Shown: positions 22,311-36,429, counted from the first letter of the stretch. The stretch is 64,000 nucleotides of DNA from Eledone cirrhosa (GCA_964016885.1 OZ024741.1:238824001-238888000); one strand, 5' to 3'. Notes: generated by a model from the letters alone, not told the origin. Numbers and translations: made by a program.

Positions 22311-23970
22311 TTGTACCGATAAAATTAATTCGATAGTTTTTGAAGTTAATGATTAAATTAGTTAATTTCTTTTAATCAGATTCTGCAAATGTTTTTATAT
22401 CTTAATTTTATTGACATGGACAGTATAAGATTCAGTATTGAAAACCTGAAGTTAATCATTGTTGATAATAAAGGAATTTATCAACCAAGCAGTTTTCCTG
22501 TCACAACCTCTAAGTCCACTCCATTGCTATATATTTGACTATTCATCTTTTAGTGTTGTATTTGTTTGAGAAGTGACTGAATCCGTGTTGAAACTGAAGT
22601 AGTTACATCAAGGAAGAGCCATTTTAGCCATTAAAAAAAAAAAAAAAACTGTTATATTCACTTATATCTTGTGGTGTCTAAATTTTCATTGCACTCTCTG
22701 AAACCTGGTCACTAACACAATTCCATTACAGTAAAATTGAGTCAATGACCAGGTCATCCAACACAAGTTTGACTGCATGTAGTATTTAAAAATTAAATAT
22801 ATAACAGTATGTATGTATTATCTAAAAGGTTATTCCATGATGCAACTGTTATTTATCTTTCTTTTTATACCTCCACATCGCCCTACCCTTTTTAAAAAAT
22901 ATATTTCCTTGTTTTTCAAAAATGCTATATTTCACTAGTTATTTACTGTGTGGTGTGATGATCTGTAAGATTCTTCTTACTTCTTGAATTTATGTTTTAA
23001 CTGAAACACCTCAAGGGAATATCAGAAAGAATGAGAATTCAATTAGCTCCAGGCTGAAATAGTATGCCAATAAGCTGTAAATGGAATATTTTCCATGCCT
23101 TCTTTCCACAGAGATGCAGAGCTTTATTATTATTATTATTATTATGTCGGCCCTTGTGGCTAATAAATGAAATCATTATTATTATTATTATTATTATTAT
23201 TTCTTTTTCTATAAATATTTGAGAAACAGAAATTTCACAGAAAAAATAAATAAACAAAAGCATTCAGAAGAAACATAATTTCCAAAGCTGAAGGTTCGTT
23301 TCATACAAACTGCATAACATGTTCAGACACAAGTTCTTCAAACATTCAATTCTATCCAGATATTGAACAAGGGTTGTTGTTTTTTTAATTTAAAATTGCT
23401 TTTGCATCCAGTAGAATTTTACATTATTTTTTTATATCCATGTGAAGAAGTTGTTTTTGCTGTGAAATTGGTGATGTAGCTAGGTGGGAACTGATGAATT
23501 CTGTAAAAGATACAAATAGATACATTAACATAAAGATTTCACCTTTTGTCATACATTTATCTATAAAAATAGATGTATTTTTCTTTCTTCCTTCTTTCAG
23601 CTTTATATTTTTTTTATTTTTGTAAAGGATGTTTACAAACTCACACAATGTTATTTACACAATCTCTTACACCCTATTATCTAGTCACTCATACATGCAT
23701 ATTCCAAATACAAATGTATCTATCTTCATTCATTGTGCATTCACACACAAAGCCATTTTAAAGCTCTTACTATATCATTGTCATCTTAATTTTAATATCC
23801 ATTTTTCCCATGCTAACAGTTGTTGAGTTTTTGAGGCAATGTTGTATACTTAGTTGTAAGCGTGGTACCTTCTCCACTAACCTTTACTTATAGAACTGGT
23901 AAAATATGAAACATATTGTTTATGCAGGACATAAACAAATGTCACCAGCTGATGTTTTTTAAACAGTGAA

Positions 23971-24033
<63 letters not shown>

Positions 24034-24329
24034 GCATTGATATATTCATTCTTTTCACAAATGCACATACAGCCACATCACTCATTCTCGCATTTTGATA
24101 CATCAGTCTAATCACTTTTAATTTAATACACTAGCTCACTAACTTACTGCAGACATTCATACATGTACACAAGCTGTGAAGCTTGATAATAGTTTATAGA
24201 TTCAAGAAGATAATACTGTGTTCAGTAATTTTCTAATTGTTTTAATATTCCTATCTAGTTAATTTAATAATCTGTATACAGTGAGTTGTGTTTTTTGTTG
24301 TGTTTTTTTGTTACATAGGAGACATGTTG

Positions 24330-24770
24330 AATTGAGAAAATGGATCAGACTCAGCAACAGTAGCTATAGTGAGATATGCAGAGAAGACTTTCCAGGGACT
24401 GAGTCATGTATTAATGAAGGGGAGTGTTGCTAAAACTGAAGGGAAAGGTGTATGTGGCATGTATGAGAAGTATCATGATGCATGGGAGTGAAATATGGAG
24501 GATGAACATTGAGTAGCAGGAAGGCTGGAAAGAAAGGAAATGAGAGTGGTTCAGTGGATGAGGAGAGTAGTGTTCATGTATTGCCAAAGATGATGGGAAT
24601 AGAGCCAGTGATGAATGTTGTAAAGAGAAGTGGAATGAGATGGTTGAATCATATGTTGAGAAAGGATGAAATTGAGAGGATGAGAAGAGTGATGGAAATG
24701 AATGTGGAAAGAAGTAGAGGAAAGAGAAGACCAAGAAAGACATAGCTGGGGATAAAGTGAGAGGAAATGA
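24330..24770 (+). mobile_element. Degenerate RTE RT C-terminal fragment
   Basis: KLKGKVYVACMRSIMMHGSEIW...MRWLNHMLRK...RGKRRPRKT. Confidence 0.75.
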
Positions 24771-25387
24771 AAGCATGGCGATTAGTAGGGGGAGGGGTAT
24801 AGATGGGAGGAGAAAATCGTGAAGCTTGTCATCGGCCCAGCAGCACTTTTTGTTGCTGGGAAAATCATTTAAGAAATTTATTAAATACTACAACAACAAT
24901 AATGATTTTTATTATCATCATCATCATCATCCTCATTTTACATCTGCTTTTCATGCTGATGTGGGTTGGACAGTTTGTTACAGTTTAATTCACTTCTTAT
25001 TCAGAGTTATTGCTTTCCTAGATGGATTAGGAGACCACATCTCACTCAAGCTCTCCAATTTTTTGCACAGTTTCTATTATTAGATGCCCTTTCTAACATT
25101 AGTAATTTTACAGTGTGTACGGGGGGCCTTTTCTCTAGTATTAACACCAGCATTAGAGAGGTTAACATGCCCTCAACAACACCCGAGAGACCTTTCTACC
25201 CTATAATGGGTTTGTTCAAGATTATGAGAAATAAATAAATTTTGTAATGAATTCCAAGGAAAGAAAATGTTTTTAAATGTAACATTGTGAATGTCTCTTA
25301 TTCAAATATAAAAAAAACAGGAGCCACAAATTTATTAGTTAATGTTTTTCTACACTTCAAGAATATCAGAATAATAAGACAAATGAA

Positions 25388-25578
25388 ATAATTGTTTCTA
25401 CGTTAGGCATAAGGCCAGCAATTACCCAGTGCATTACTGGTACTTTATTTTATCGACCCCGTAAGAATGAAAGGCAAAGTTAACCTTGGCGGGATTTGAA
25501 CTCAGAAAGGCAAGGGCCGTAACTCTATACGTCAAAGCATGGCATCCGACCCTCTACCAATACTGCCAATCCACCGCC
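25388..25578 (-). mobile_element. tRNA-derived SINE, full length
   Basis: Minus strand GGCGGTGGATTGGCAGTATTGG...GAGTTCAAATCCCGCC...GGGGTCGATAAAATAAAGTACC. Confidence 0.9.
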
Positions 25579-26692
25579 TGAATGAAATAATGGTAGCACA
25601 CTAGGTTAGACAATTCCAAAAGCTTGTGTTTTTTTATCAATCATACTTTATCCCAAATGTTCATATTCAAGCATTCAAACAATTTTAAGAAGGGAGAAGA
25701 AAATTATATTTTATGTACAAATGTTTGGAAAATATGAAAAAAACATTTTCCCCCATCACAATATTGAACTGTCCATAGAGTATGATAAACCAAAACCAGC
25801 TAACATAGAAACATATGGGGTGGGGGGAGGCAGGTATTAGCATTATAGGCAGTGTGTTCTTTAATAAGTTTTGTATATTCCTTTCTTCCATTACACATGC
25901 ACATATACACATGCAAGCCCACACCCATTCACACAATACAATCCTCCCTGTATATATAATCCTTCTTAATAAGGAAAAAAGACATCAAATGATGATGATA
26001 TATATCCACGGAATTTGAATCTACTGTACCAGCTTAGATGTGGGTTTTTGTACTCCAGTGGATTTTTTTGCGCTAACCTAGGAGGATACTGGCTGTTTCA
26101 TTTGATGAAATTGTGAGTACTTTAACGTTTTCTTATGTTAATCTGTTGATACAATAATTATATAGTTTTTGTAGCTTAGACCTTTGGCTGGGAACGTTAT
26201 ATTACAATTAATTCTATGTGTGTGCTCCAAGTGAATTTGTTGAGCAAATTGTAAACAACAAGAACAAAACCACTGGATATTGATCTAAACCCTTATTATA
26301 TATATATATATATATAATTGTGTTTTGTTTGAAGACTATCACAGTGTGAATTAGACAGTAAATATGATGATAACAATGATGCTAGAATGTTACCATGCAA
26401 TTTATTTTTAATGGCAGCCAAAGGTCAACAAAAAGAAATGTACAACTTCAAACTACTTTCTTCTATTAATCTTTTGATAAAGGGATTTATCCCCAAATAT
26501 AAGACCTGTAAAGAACTGCAAGATAACATCCCATCATCTATGTGATGCATCATATTTTTATCATTTACAGTTCAACTCACACGGTGGTTTCCTTCAAACA
26601 ATACAATATTCACATTTTACACACTTAATTGTTTTCTACGCTTTACACAATGCTTTAAGCAAATTACAATACCCTATTTTATATATATATAT

Positions 26693-27502
26693 AAGTATGT
26701 ATACGTACATACATATATGTATACAGACGTACAGTAGTATGTATATATATATATATATATACATACATGCGCACATATATATATATGTATGGGTTTACCA
26801 AACATTTATTATAATGCTTGGTTTGTTTGTAAACAAACAGCCCAAATTAAGCCGTACAGTGTTCAGCAACCATCGTTGCCCTTTTGTTCAACACTGACAA
26901 AGGAACGATGAACTAGTTTCTAGCTTATTAGCTGTCATCAGCACCGTATACCTTCCTGTCAATTGATTGAACGTTTGAAAGTATATACTTTCCTTATGCA
27001 TATTAATGGCTGAGCAGCCTAATTTGCATATCGAGTGAGTTAGCCGGCCGGTCGTACCGAAAACGATAACTGGAAAAAATGAAATTTCATTTCTCACTCT
27101 TAGTACGGCTGATACTTAAATATAAGTATGTATACATACATACATATATGTATACAGATGTACAGTAGTATGTATATACATACATACATGTACACATATA
27201 TATGCGTACGTATGGGTTTGCCGAACATTTATTATAACGCTCGTTCCTTTGTCAGTGTTGAACAAAAGGGCAACGATGGTTACCGAACACTGTATGGCTT
27301 AATTTGGGCTGTTTGTTTACAAACAAACCGAGCATTATAATAAATGTTCAGTAAACCCATACATACACATATATATGTGTGCATGTATGTATGTATATAC
27401 ATACTACTGTACGTCTGTAAACATATATGTATGTACATATACATACTTATATTTAAGTATCAGCCGTACTAAGAGTGAGAAATGAAATTTCATTTTTTCC
27501 AG

Positions 27503-27503
<1 letters not shown>
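26693..27503. mobile_element. Non-coding PLE-like repeat family Y in tandem plus inverted arrangement
   Basis: Block order a-b-c-d-a-rc(b)-rc(a)-rc(d); homologous to 35157-35548; flanked by (TA)n. Confidence 0.75.
26905..26947 (-). ncRNA. Minimal type I hammerhead ribozyme (family Y)
   Basis: ACGGTG CTGATGA cAGCT aata AGCTa GAAA CTAG TT CATCGT; palindromic CTAG loop 3. Confidence 0.75.
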
Positions 27504-27537
<34 letters not shown>

Positions 27538-28069
27538 CACATATAATCAATGGCAAAATCTCTCAAAGTCCTTGTTGCTAATCCAGTTGTGTAATCTGAG
27601 GGAAGGTAAAGAATCTAAAGATTGGTGATGATAAGGCAAAGGGTGTTTAATATAGCAAACGATGAGTTAGAAAAAACAAAAAAAAACATGTCTGAATACA
27701 GTAAAAACTGAAATTAGTTTAATGTTCAATATTCTTTCTTGTTTTTGTTTTTGTTCCTTCATTCAATATATATATATATATATAGTGAAAGATTGAAGAG
27801 TAACATGGTCGGCTGTACAACAAGGGGCTTTATTTCAGGTATTAACAATTGTTTCATTGATCAGGTGAGTCTACAGGCCGCTAATCGCTGGAAGTTGCAT
27901 CACTCGATCTCCAATACGTTATTTACTTCTGATCAAATCCTTATTGTACAGTCAACGATGTTACTCTTCAATCTTTGTGTTGTTTCCTTGAGCAAGACAC
28001 TTTATTTCACATTGCTCCAGTTTACTCAGCTGTAGAAATGAGATGATAGGGACTGGGGTTCATATCATT

Positions 28070-28241
28070 CCACTGTAAAGTGGTCGTGGAGGTGCCACGG
28101 CAAAAAAGCACCCAGCACTCACTGTAAATGAGGTTGGTGTTAGGAAGGGTATCCTGCTGTAGAAATCAAGCCAGAATCAGTTCCCGTCCCACCCTTGCAA
28201 GCAGGGAAAAAGCGGACGTAAAATGAAATGATGATGATGAT
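28070..28241 (+). mobile_element. RTE subfamily B 3' UTR/tail fragment
   Basis: aaagcacccagcactcactgtaaatgaggttggtgttaggaagg...cggacgtaaaatg..(gat)n. Confidence 0.8.
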
Positions 28242-28622
28242 ATATATATATATATATATATAGTAATAATAATAAATGTGAAGACTAAAATCCAAAGAGG
28301 GCTTAAACTTTAATCTGTTATTTTAATATATATATATATATCAACTAGAAATAGATTGACATATATATATATAAAATAAACATATGGAACAATCATGTAA
28401 GCACACATAGCTAGGTACCTGGTTACCTACCTAGCTATGTGTGCTTACATACTTTACAAATTATTCCCTGTGATTGTTCCATATGTTTATTATATATATA
28501 TATGTCAATCTATTTCTAGTTGATATGAAATTCTTGGATCTATTCATTGGAATCTTTGAGCTTATTCTGCAGTGGATATGGCGCATGTCTCTCAGACATG
28601 ACAACCCTTAATTTAATTTTGT

Positions 28623-28660
<38 letters not shown>

Positions 28661-29492
28661 GTCCTTTTATTTCTTGCCCAAAGAGAAGCAACCCTCAGGA
28701 GGATCATTAGATAACTTTATGGCCAATACAGGCATAAGTTTTGAAACATTAGGTTCCAGCAACTGTCTTGAGTAGCATTAATAATAATATATTTAATTTA
28801 ATAATAATAAGCATTGTGTATTTGTAGGTCGATATAATTTCTTTTGGACCATAAGATCTCTCTCTCTCCCTCTCTCTACCTATCTATCATTTTTATCTCC
28901 TCTTTCTCACTCTTATGGCTTTACTAACAAATCCTCTTTTCTTGATCTTCATACATGCTCTGCTGCTGTGCTAAGAAAAAAAAAGAGAGTGACAGAGGGA
29001 GAGGGGGAGGAGAGAGAGACTTGGGGAAAGAGAGGTATAGAGGCTAAAATTGAAAGAAAATGGCTTATTTAAAATGACATACAATATTGGTTTTTAATTT
29101 TCTAATAATGTTTATTTAGACAATTTTAATGGGTAATTGTCCATCCACCTAGAAAACCACCCCTCTCTTCCACTTCAAATCATCGAGTTTCAGAGCTTTA
29201 AACTCTAAACATTTTCCCCATTCTTTGTCAGGCATATGAATAACATTTTATGTATGAGTAAATCACTGTCTATTTTGAGTGTGTGGGCTCTCTAGTATAT
29301 ATATAATTTTTAAAGAATTCCCTTTTCATTAAACCCATCAACCAATGACCCCCCCCCCACCCACCCATCCCAATCACCACCCTCTCCTATCACCATAAAA
29401 GATATAAATACCACCATATTACTTGGACAGTTGGCTTCCTGATGATTTCTCCCGAATGAAACAGTTCTAGTCCTTAGAAGCCTTTTCTATAT

Positions 29493-29530
<38 letters not shown>

Positions 29531-29534
29531 TTTA

Positions 29535-29790
29535 TTAAAATAACAGATTATAGTTTAAGCAAAGAATCACTGCTTTCACCCTTAACGAGATCTTCTGAAA
29601 CTAAATAAAAATCAATCTGTGAATGCAGAAGTAAATATTTCGAAAAACGTTGCAACCGAAGGAAAACATGAATATGATACTTTGGTTTGTGAAGACGTTC
29701 TCTGGCATTGAATGGAAAAAAGCATAAATAATTATGTGGAGCGATGAGAACAATTACACACAAAAACAAAACCACGTTTATGGTATAAAT
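29535..29790 (-). mobile_element. PLE 3' non-coding repeat fragment (family of 51904-52985)
   Basis: Reverse complement of ~52630-52890. Confidence 0.8.
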
Positions 29791-29799
29791 GGTCCACAG

Positions 29800-30560
29800 C
29801 ATGCAGATCTCTCAAATTTCTTGGCAGCTTGTTGAAGAGTTGAGGGCCTTTGAACCCCAGGCTATTCTATTATCTGCTCCTTATTCTAGATGCGAAAGAC
29901 GGGACCTTTGACACCACAAAGTGATGTCTTGTTCGGGGGTTGGTCCAGCTCTCTATGCCAAAGTTTGGTGTTAGTCCCTCCAGGATTTTCCATATGTATA
30001 TCACTGTATATCTATCCCGTCTTAGTAGCTCATCTCTTTCATTGTGGCAATCCTTTTGGTGTAGCTTCATTGGATTGTGGTTACTTTGATACTATGGGTG
30101 ACAAGAGCTGGGAGCAGTAGTCCAGGCAGCTTAGGACAAATGTCCTCCATAGTATCAATATGGTCTCTCGGTCTCTTGTCCAGAAAGTTCTCAAGATCCA
30201 GCCAGCGAGTTGCCTGCACATTGTCGTCACCCTCATGATGTTTGAAGAAAAAGATGCGTCATCACTCATGTCTATTGCCAAGTCTCTTATCGATTTTGAC
30301 ACAGCGATTTCAATCCCTCCTGGTCTGATGTAGTTGTGTTGTATTGCATTTGTGTTTGCAGGTTCGTAGTGTAGGGCTTGTAATTTTCCAGCATCAAATT
30401 GCATGTTGTTGTTCTCAACCCATTTGTATATGGTATCCAGATCTTGCTGTAAAAGGGCAGCATCAGCCGGATTTTTGATTGCCTGTACTACATTTGTGTC
30501 AGCATAGCTAGTGAGGGATGTTGTATGTACTACAGAGAGAGCCACCAAAAACAGTAGTGG
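29800..30560 (-). pseudogene. CR1-clade LINE RT C-terminal fragment
   Basis: PLLFLV..SYAD-T..LQQDLDTIYKWVENNNMQF..IRDLAI..GWILRTF..LDYCSQL..RRDRYTVIYIWKILEG. Confidence 0.85.
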
Positions 30561-30565
30561 TTCCA

Positions 30566-30792
<227 letters not shown>

Positions 30793-31372
30793 GTGCTACT
30801 GGTAACATGTATCCCAGTACAACCTGTCCCATGGTCGGGTCGTTGGCGACTAAACTGGCAACCCCACCAAGGTTTCTTGGTGAGGAGGGTGACTTTGGAT
30901 TAAAACAAAACCTGTCAAAGGGCAAAGGAGCTCTTAAGAGTCAATGTCCATCCAAAATCACCAGGAGAGATGACCCCTTAGCCTTTGTCAAGGCAGAATT
31001 CTAGGAGAAGGAAAACTCTGATATAACACCTGCAACCCTGATGGTATCCAATGATGTTGACTTGTGCTTCTTTTTGGTAAATATCATCTTGGTTAAGAGA
31101 GTGGGACTGGCTTTGTGCAGTGCCTTTGCTCACTATAAAAGCTTCACAGCACAGGCATTGCTTTATATCTGGAGTTCTCTCTGCACTTGTCATCACATGG
31201 TACCATGGGCCCAGCACTATGTGTCAATAATTGTCACAAGTGTAGTGTTTGTATCTGAGTTTTCAAGTCGCTGGCTGGACTAAAAAGTCACACTCGTTCA
31301 GCGCATCGGTAGTGGTTCTCCTACATGGATATAAAGTAGTGGCCGTACTCGAAAACGAGTTGGCAGCCACCA
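30793..31372 (+). mobile_element. Family Z repeat, copy 2
   Basis: Reverse complement of 18466-19060; (TA)n on both sides. Confidence 0.85.
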
Positions 31373-31414
31373 TATATATATATGTATGTATATGTATATA
31401 TATATATATGTATC

Positions 31415-31468
<54 letters not shown>

Positions 31469-31476
31469 TATATATG

Positions 31477-31544
<68 letters not shown>

Positions 31545-31551
<7 letters not shown>

Positions 31552-32190
31552 ATAATAATAAATGTGAAGACTAAAATCCAAAGAGGGCTCGATAAGGATA
31601 AATATATATCAAATATATAAGAACCCTTGAGCAAATATTTACTAAAATAACAGATTAAATTTTAAGCAAAGAAACGCTGCTTTCACCCTTAACGGGATTT
31701 TCTGAAACTAAAAAAATCAATCTGTGAAGGCAGAAGTAAATATTTCAAAAAATGTTGCAACTGAAGGAAGACAGGAAGACGATACTTTGGTTCATGAAGA
31801 CGTTCCCTGGCAATGAATAGAAAAAAGCGAAGATAATACGTTGTTATGTGGAGCGTTAAGAACAAATACACGCAAAGACAAAACCACATTTATGGTATGA
31901 ATGAAGTAGTAGGCTAATATTCTATTTAGGGAACCGAATGATTCTCGGCTTCAGAGTTAAGAATATTGTAAATAAATTAGTAGAACGAAAATGACAAAGG
32001 TTATTAAAATCAATAATAATTAAATATATACATACACGCATCTATATACGTACATACACGTGCATAGGCGAAAACACCCGCCATGCATGCAAATACATGC
32101 ACGTACACATAAACACCCGCACACATACTTAAAGCTGCACGACACATGTACCCGCATACATACTAACGTATACACCAAATACACAATAAA
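31545..32190 (-). mobile_element. PLE 3' non-coding repeat, long fragment
   Basis: Colinear reverse complement of ~52350-52985. Confidence 0.85.
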
Positions 32191-32292
32191 AAAATTAAAA
32201 ATATATATATATTAATATATATATATTAATATATAGATATATATATATATATTAATATATAGATATATATATTATAAACGTTTGTATATGTA

Positions 32293-32400
32293 TAATTGTT
32301 TCTACTTTTGGCACAAGGCCAGCAATTACCCAGTACATTACTGGTACTTTATTTTATCGACCCCGTATGGATGAAAGGCAAAGTTAACCTCGGCGGGATT
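32293..32400 (-). mobile_element. tRNA-SINE 3' portion
   Basis: Matches 6785-6892. Confidence 0.85.
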
Positions 32401-32536
32401 ATGCAGGTATGGACATAGAATAAAGAATGCAAATGCAAAAGATATTGTTGACAATTAGTCTTTTACCTTAGATTTATTTAAATGTCCTTAATTTTCGAGA
32501 TAATATCTCTTCTTCGGAGGGAAGTAAAGCAGTTAT

Positions 32537-32568
<32 letters not shown>

Positions 32569-32828
32569 GTACATATATATATATATATATAGGAGGTAAT
32601 TGTAGTTTACTTGAAGCATTGAGTAATGAGGTATAAACGTTTGGAGTTAGAAGGCCAAAACAATGCAGGTATGGATATAGAATATAAATACAAATGCAAA
32701 AGATATTGCTGACAATTAGTCTTTTACCATAAATTTAAGGTAAAAGACTAATTGTCAGCAATATCTTTTGCATTTGCATTTATATTCTATATCCATACCT
32801 GCATTGTTTTGGCCTTCTAACTCCAAAC

Positions 32829-32892
<64 letters not shown>

Positions 32893-32997
32893 GTATGTAT
32901 ATGCATGTATGTATATATATGCATGTATGTATATATATGTATGTATATGTATGTATATGCATGTATGTATATGCATGTATATATAAGTATGTATATG

Positions 32998-33028
<31 letters not shown>

Positions 33029-33030
33029 GT

Positions 33031-33066
<36 letters not shown>

Positions 33067-33101
33067 GTATGTATATATATGTATGTATGTATGAATATAT
33101 G

Positions 33102-33133
<32 letters not shown>

Positions 33134-33149
33134 AATATACATATATAAA

Positions 33150-33744
33150 TGCACCGAGACAGCAGGCGACAATCAGCCACAGGAAACAAGGGCCACCAAA
33201 CTCTGGGAGGGCTCTGTAGAAACAGTAGACAGCTTTTGCTACCTAGGAGACTGAATTAGCAGTGGAGGTGTGTGTTCAGAAAGTACAGTAGCCAGGGTAA
33301 GAATGGGATGGAAGAAGTTCAGGGAGCTACTACCACTGCTAGCTGCAAAAGGCTTTTCCCTCAAAATGAAAGGCAGACTGTATGATGCGTGCATAGGAAC
33401 AGCAATGTTACATGGTAGTGAGACCTGGGCGTTGTGTGTAGAAGACTTGCGTAGATTAGAAAGAAACAAAGTTTGCATGCTCCAATGGATGTGTACGTGA
33501 ACAGGAAAACATAAATGAATTGAGAGAGAGACTGAGCATAAGAGGAATCAAATGCTGTGTGCGGGAGAGGAGGTTACGTTGGTATGGACATGTGATGCAT
33601 ATGAAGGATGAGAGCTGCATAAAAAGGTGCAGAGCACTGGAAGTCGATGGAAGCCGTGGAGTGGGGAGACCCAAGAAGACCTGGGATAAGATGATAAAAG
33701 CCGACCTTACCCAATTGCACCTCTCAAAGGCGATTACGCAAGAC
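33150..33744 (+). mobile_element. RTE subfamily B RT C-terminal fragment
   Basis: [55 protein letters not shown]. Confidence 0.9.
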
Positions 33745-33932
33745 ACCGGTTGCAGCTGCAGAAAGTGTTGGTGCAAGTGGCATCCCAGATGAAGGGTTTG
33801 CCACCGCGGAACGGGAAGATGGTCATGCCATCTGGCCTTTTGCCGTCCCCTCGATCCAGCCCCACCGGCTCGAGCTGGGAAGGGAAGCCTGCAGCATCCA
33901 AGCCATGCTTCATGACCTCGTTGAGGGCAGTA
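33745..33932 (-). pseudogene. CRE-clade non-LTR retrotransposon restriction-like endonuclease fragment
   Basis: My translation, not in the ORF track: [57 protein letters not shown]. Confidence 0.8.
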
Positions 33933-34074
33933 ATAACATACGTTTAAATAGCTTAACAAATCGAACATTGTGGTAGGCAAAATCTAACACACAATAATAT
34001 ACCAAAGTAACGATAGAACTAACAGGTTGAGAATATGTATATATATATATGTAATTATATATATATATGTATGT

Positions 34075-34121
<47 letters not shown>

Positions 34122-34434
34122 TATGATTATATATGTATGTATATATATATATATACATGTATGTATATATATATATATATGTATATGTATGTATATATAT
34201 ATATATATATGTATGTATATATATATATATATGTATATGTATGTATATATATATATGTATATGTATGTATATATATATATATGTATATGTATGTATATAT
34301 ATATATATATATATGTATGTATATATATATATATATGTATATGTATGTATATATATATATATATATGTATATGTATGTATATATATATATATGTATATGT
34401 ATATATATATATGTATATGTATGTATATATATAT

Positions 34435-35022
34435 CGGGTCGTTGGCGACTAAACTGGCAACCCCACCAAGGTTTCTTGGTGAGGAGGGTGGCTTTGGACA
34501 TCCTGCAGGACTAAAAACAAAACCTGTCAAAGGGCAAAGGGGCTCTTAAGAGTCAATAGCCATCCAAAATCACCGGGAGAGATGACCCCTTAGCCTTTGT
34601 CAAGGCAGAATTCTAGGAGAAGGAAAACTCTGATATAACACCTGCAACCCTGATGGTATCCAATGATGTTGAATTGTTCTTCTTTTTGGTAAATATCATC
34701 TTGGTTAAGAGAGTGGGACTGGCTTTGTGCAGTGCCTTTGCTCACTATAAAAGCTTCACAGCACAGGCATTGCTTTATATCTGGAGATCTCTCTGCACTT
34801 GTCGTCACATGGTACCATGGGCCCAGCACTATGTGTCAATAATTGTCCTACCATGGGCCCACCACTATGTGTCAATAATTGTCACAAGTGTAGTGTTTGT
34901 ACCAGAGTTTTCAAGTCTCTGGCTGGACTAAAAAGTCACACTCGTTCAGCGCATCGGTAGGGGTTCTCCTACATGGATATAAAGTAGTGGCCGTACTCGA
35001 AAACGAGTTGGCAGCCACCATG
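34435..35022 (+). mobile_element. Family Z repeat, copy 3 (5'-truncated, internal 36-bp duplication)
   Basis: taccatgggccca.cactatgtgtcaataattgtc occurs twice at 34814-34883. Confidence 0.85.
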
Positions 35023-35042
35023 TATATATATATATATGTATG

Positions 35043-35136
<94 letters not shown>

Positions 35137-35299
35137 GATATATATATACATACATATTTGCATATCGAGTGAGTTAGTCGGCCGGGCGCACCGGAAATGA
35201 TAAATGGAAAAGAATGAAACGAAATTTCATTTCTCACTCTTAGTACGGCTGATACTTAAATGTAAGTATATATGTTTCAATCATCTGACAGGAAGGTAT

Positions 35300-35342
35300 A
35301 CGATGCTGATGATAGGTAATAAGCTTGAAACTAGTACATCGT
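35300..35342 (+). ncRNA. Minimal type I hammerhead ribozyme (family Y, copy 2)
   Basis: ACGATG CTGATGA taggt aata agctt GAAA CTAG TA CATCGT; stem I extends through ctgacagga/tcctgtgtcag. Confidence 0.8.
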
Positions 35343-35599
35343 TCCTGTGTCAGTGTTGAACAAAAAGGCGACGATGGTTGCCGAACACTGTATGGCGTAA
35401 TTCGCGCTGTTTGTTTACAAACAAACCGAACATTATAATAAATGTTTGGTAAAGCCATACGTACATACATATATGTGTGCATGTATGTATGTATATACAT
35501 ACTACTGTACGTCTGTATAGATATATGTATGTACGTATGCATACTTACAGTTGAATGCACAACATAAAAACAAAAACAAGAAGGAATCCTATTTGAAAC

Positions 35600-36048
35600 G
35601 GGCACTACTTGACATTGAGACTGCACTCAAACTTTCCCATGAAAAAGGAGCGGGCAAAGAGAGAAATCAGGGCCATAGAAAATATTAAAACAAACCCTAA
35701 GGCCTTCTTTAAATTTTCTAAAGAGACTGCCTTGGTACACTGCAAGATTGGGCCACTCTTCAATAAAGTTGGTTCATTAACTGAGATTCCCCAAGAGATA
35801 AGTGAAATACTGAACGAACAGTACAAAAGTGTGTTCACATGTCCACTGAGGCACATGCAAATAACAAAGCCAGAGGTTTTCTTTGAACACTCCATGAAGA
35901 AATGGCAACCATTAACCACATAGACATAACGGAGGAGGATGTGGTATACGCCATAGATGAAATTAGAACAAACTCAGCTGCTGGGCCTGATGGATTCCCA
36001 GCAGTCCTCTTAAAAACATGTAAGTGGGCCTTAGCAACTCCACTTACG
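35600..36048 (+). pseudogene. CR1-clade LINE ORF2 fragment (linker to RT start)
   Basis: [59 protein letters not shown]. Confidence 0.85.
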
Positions 36049-36347
36049 ATATATGTATGTATATATATATATGTATGTATGTATATATATATATGTATGT
36101 ATATATATATGTATGTATGTATGTATAAATATGTATCTATATATATATATATATGTATATATGTATATATATATGTATGTATATATATATGTATGTATAT
36201 ATATATATGTATGTATATATATATATGTATATATATACATATGTATATATATATGTGTGTATATATACATATGTATATATATGTACATATATGTATGTAT
36301 ATATATATTCATGTATACATATTTATGTATATATATGTACATATATG

Positions 36348-36429
<82 letters not shown>

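Noticed and set aside
30793-30862. HDV-like ribozyme at the 5' end of family Z (ccagt/actgg, tcg-ttgg-cga, CTAA)
   Set aside because: P2, P4 and J4/2 look plausible and RTEs can carry such ribozymes, but I could not place P1 and P3; needs a descriptor search
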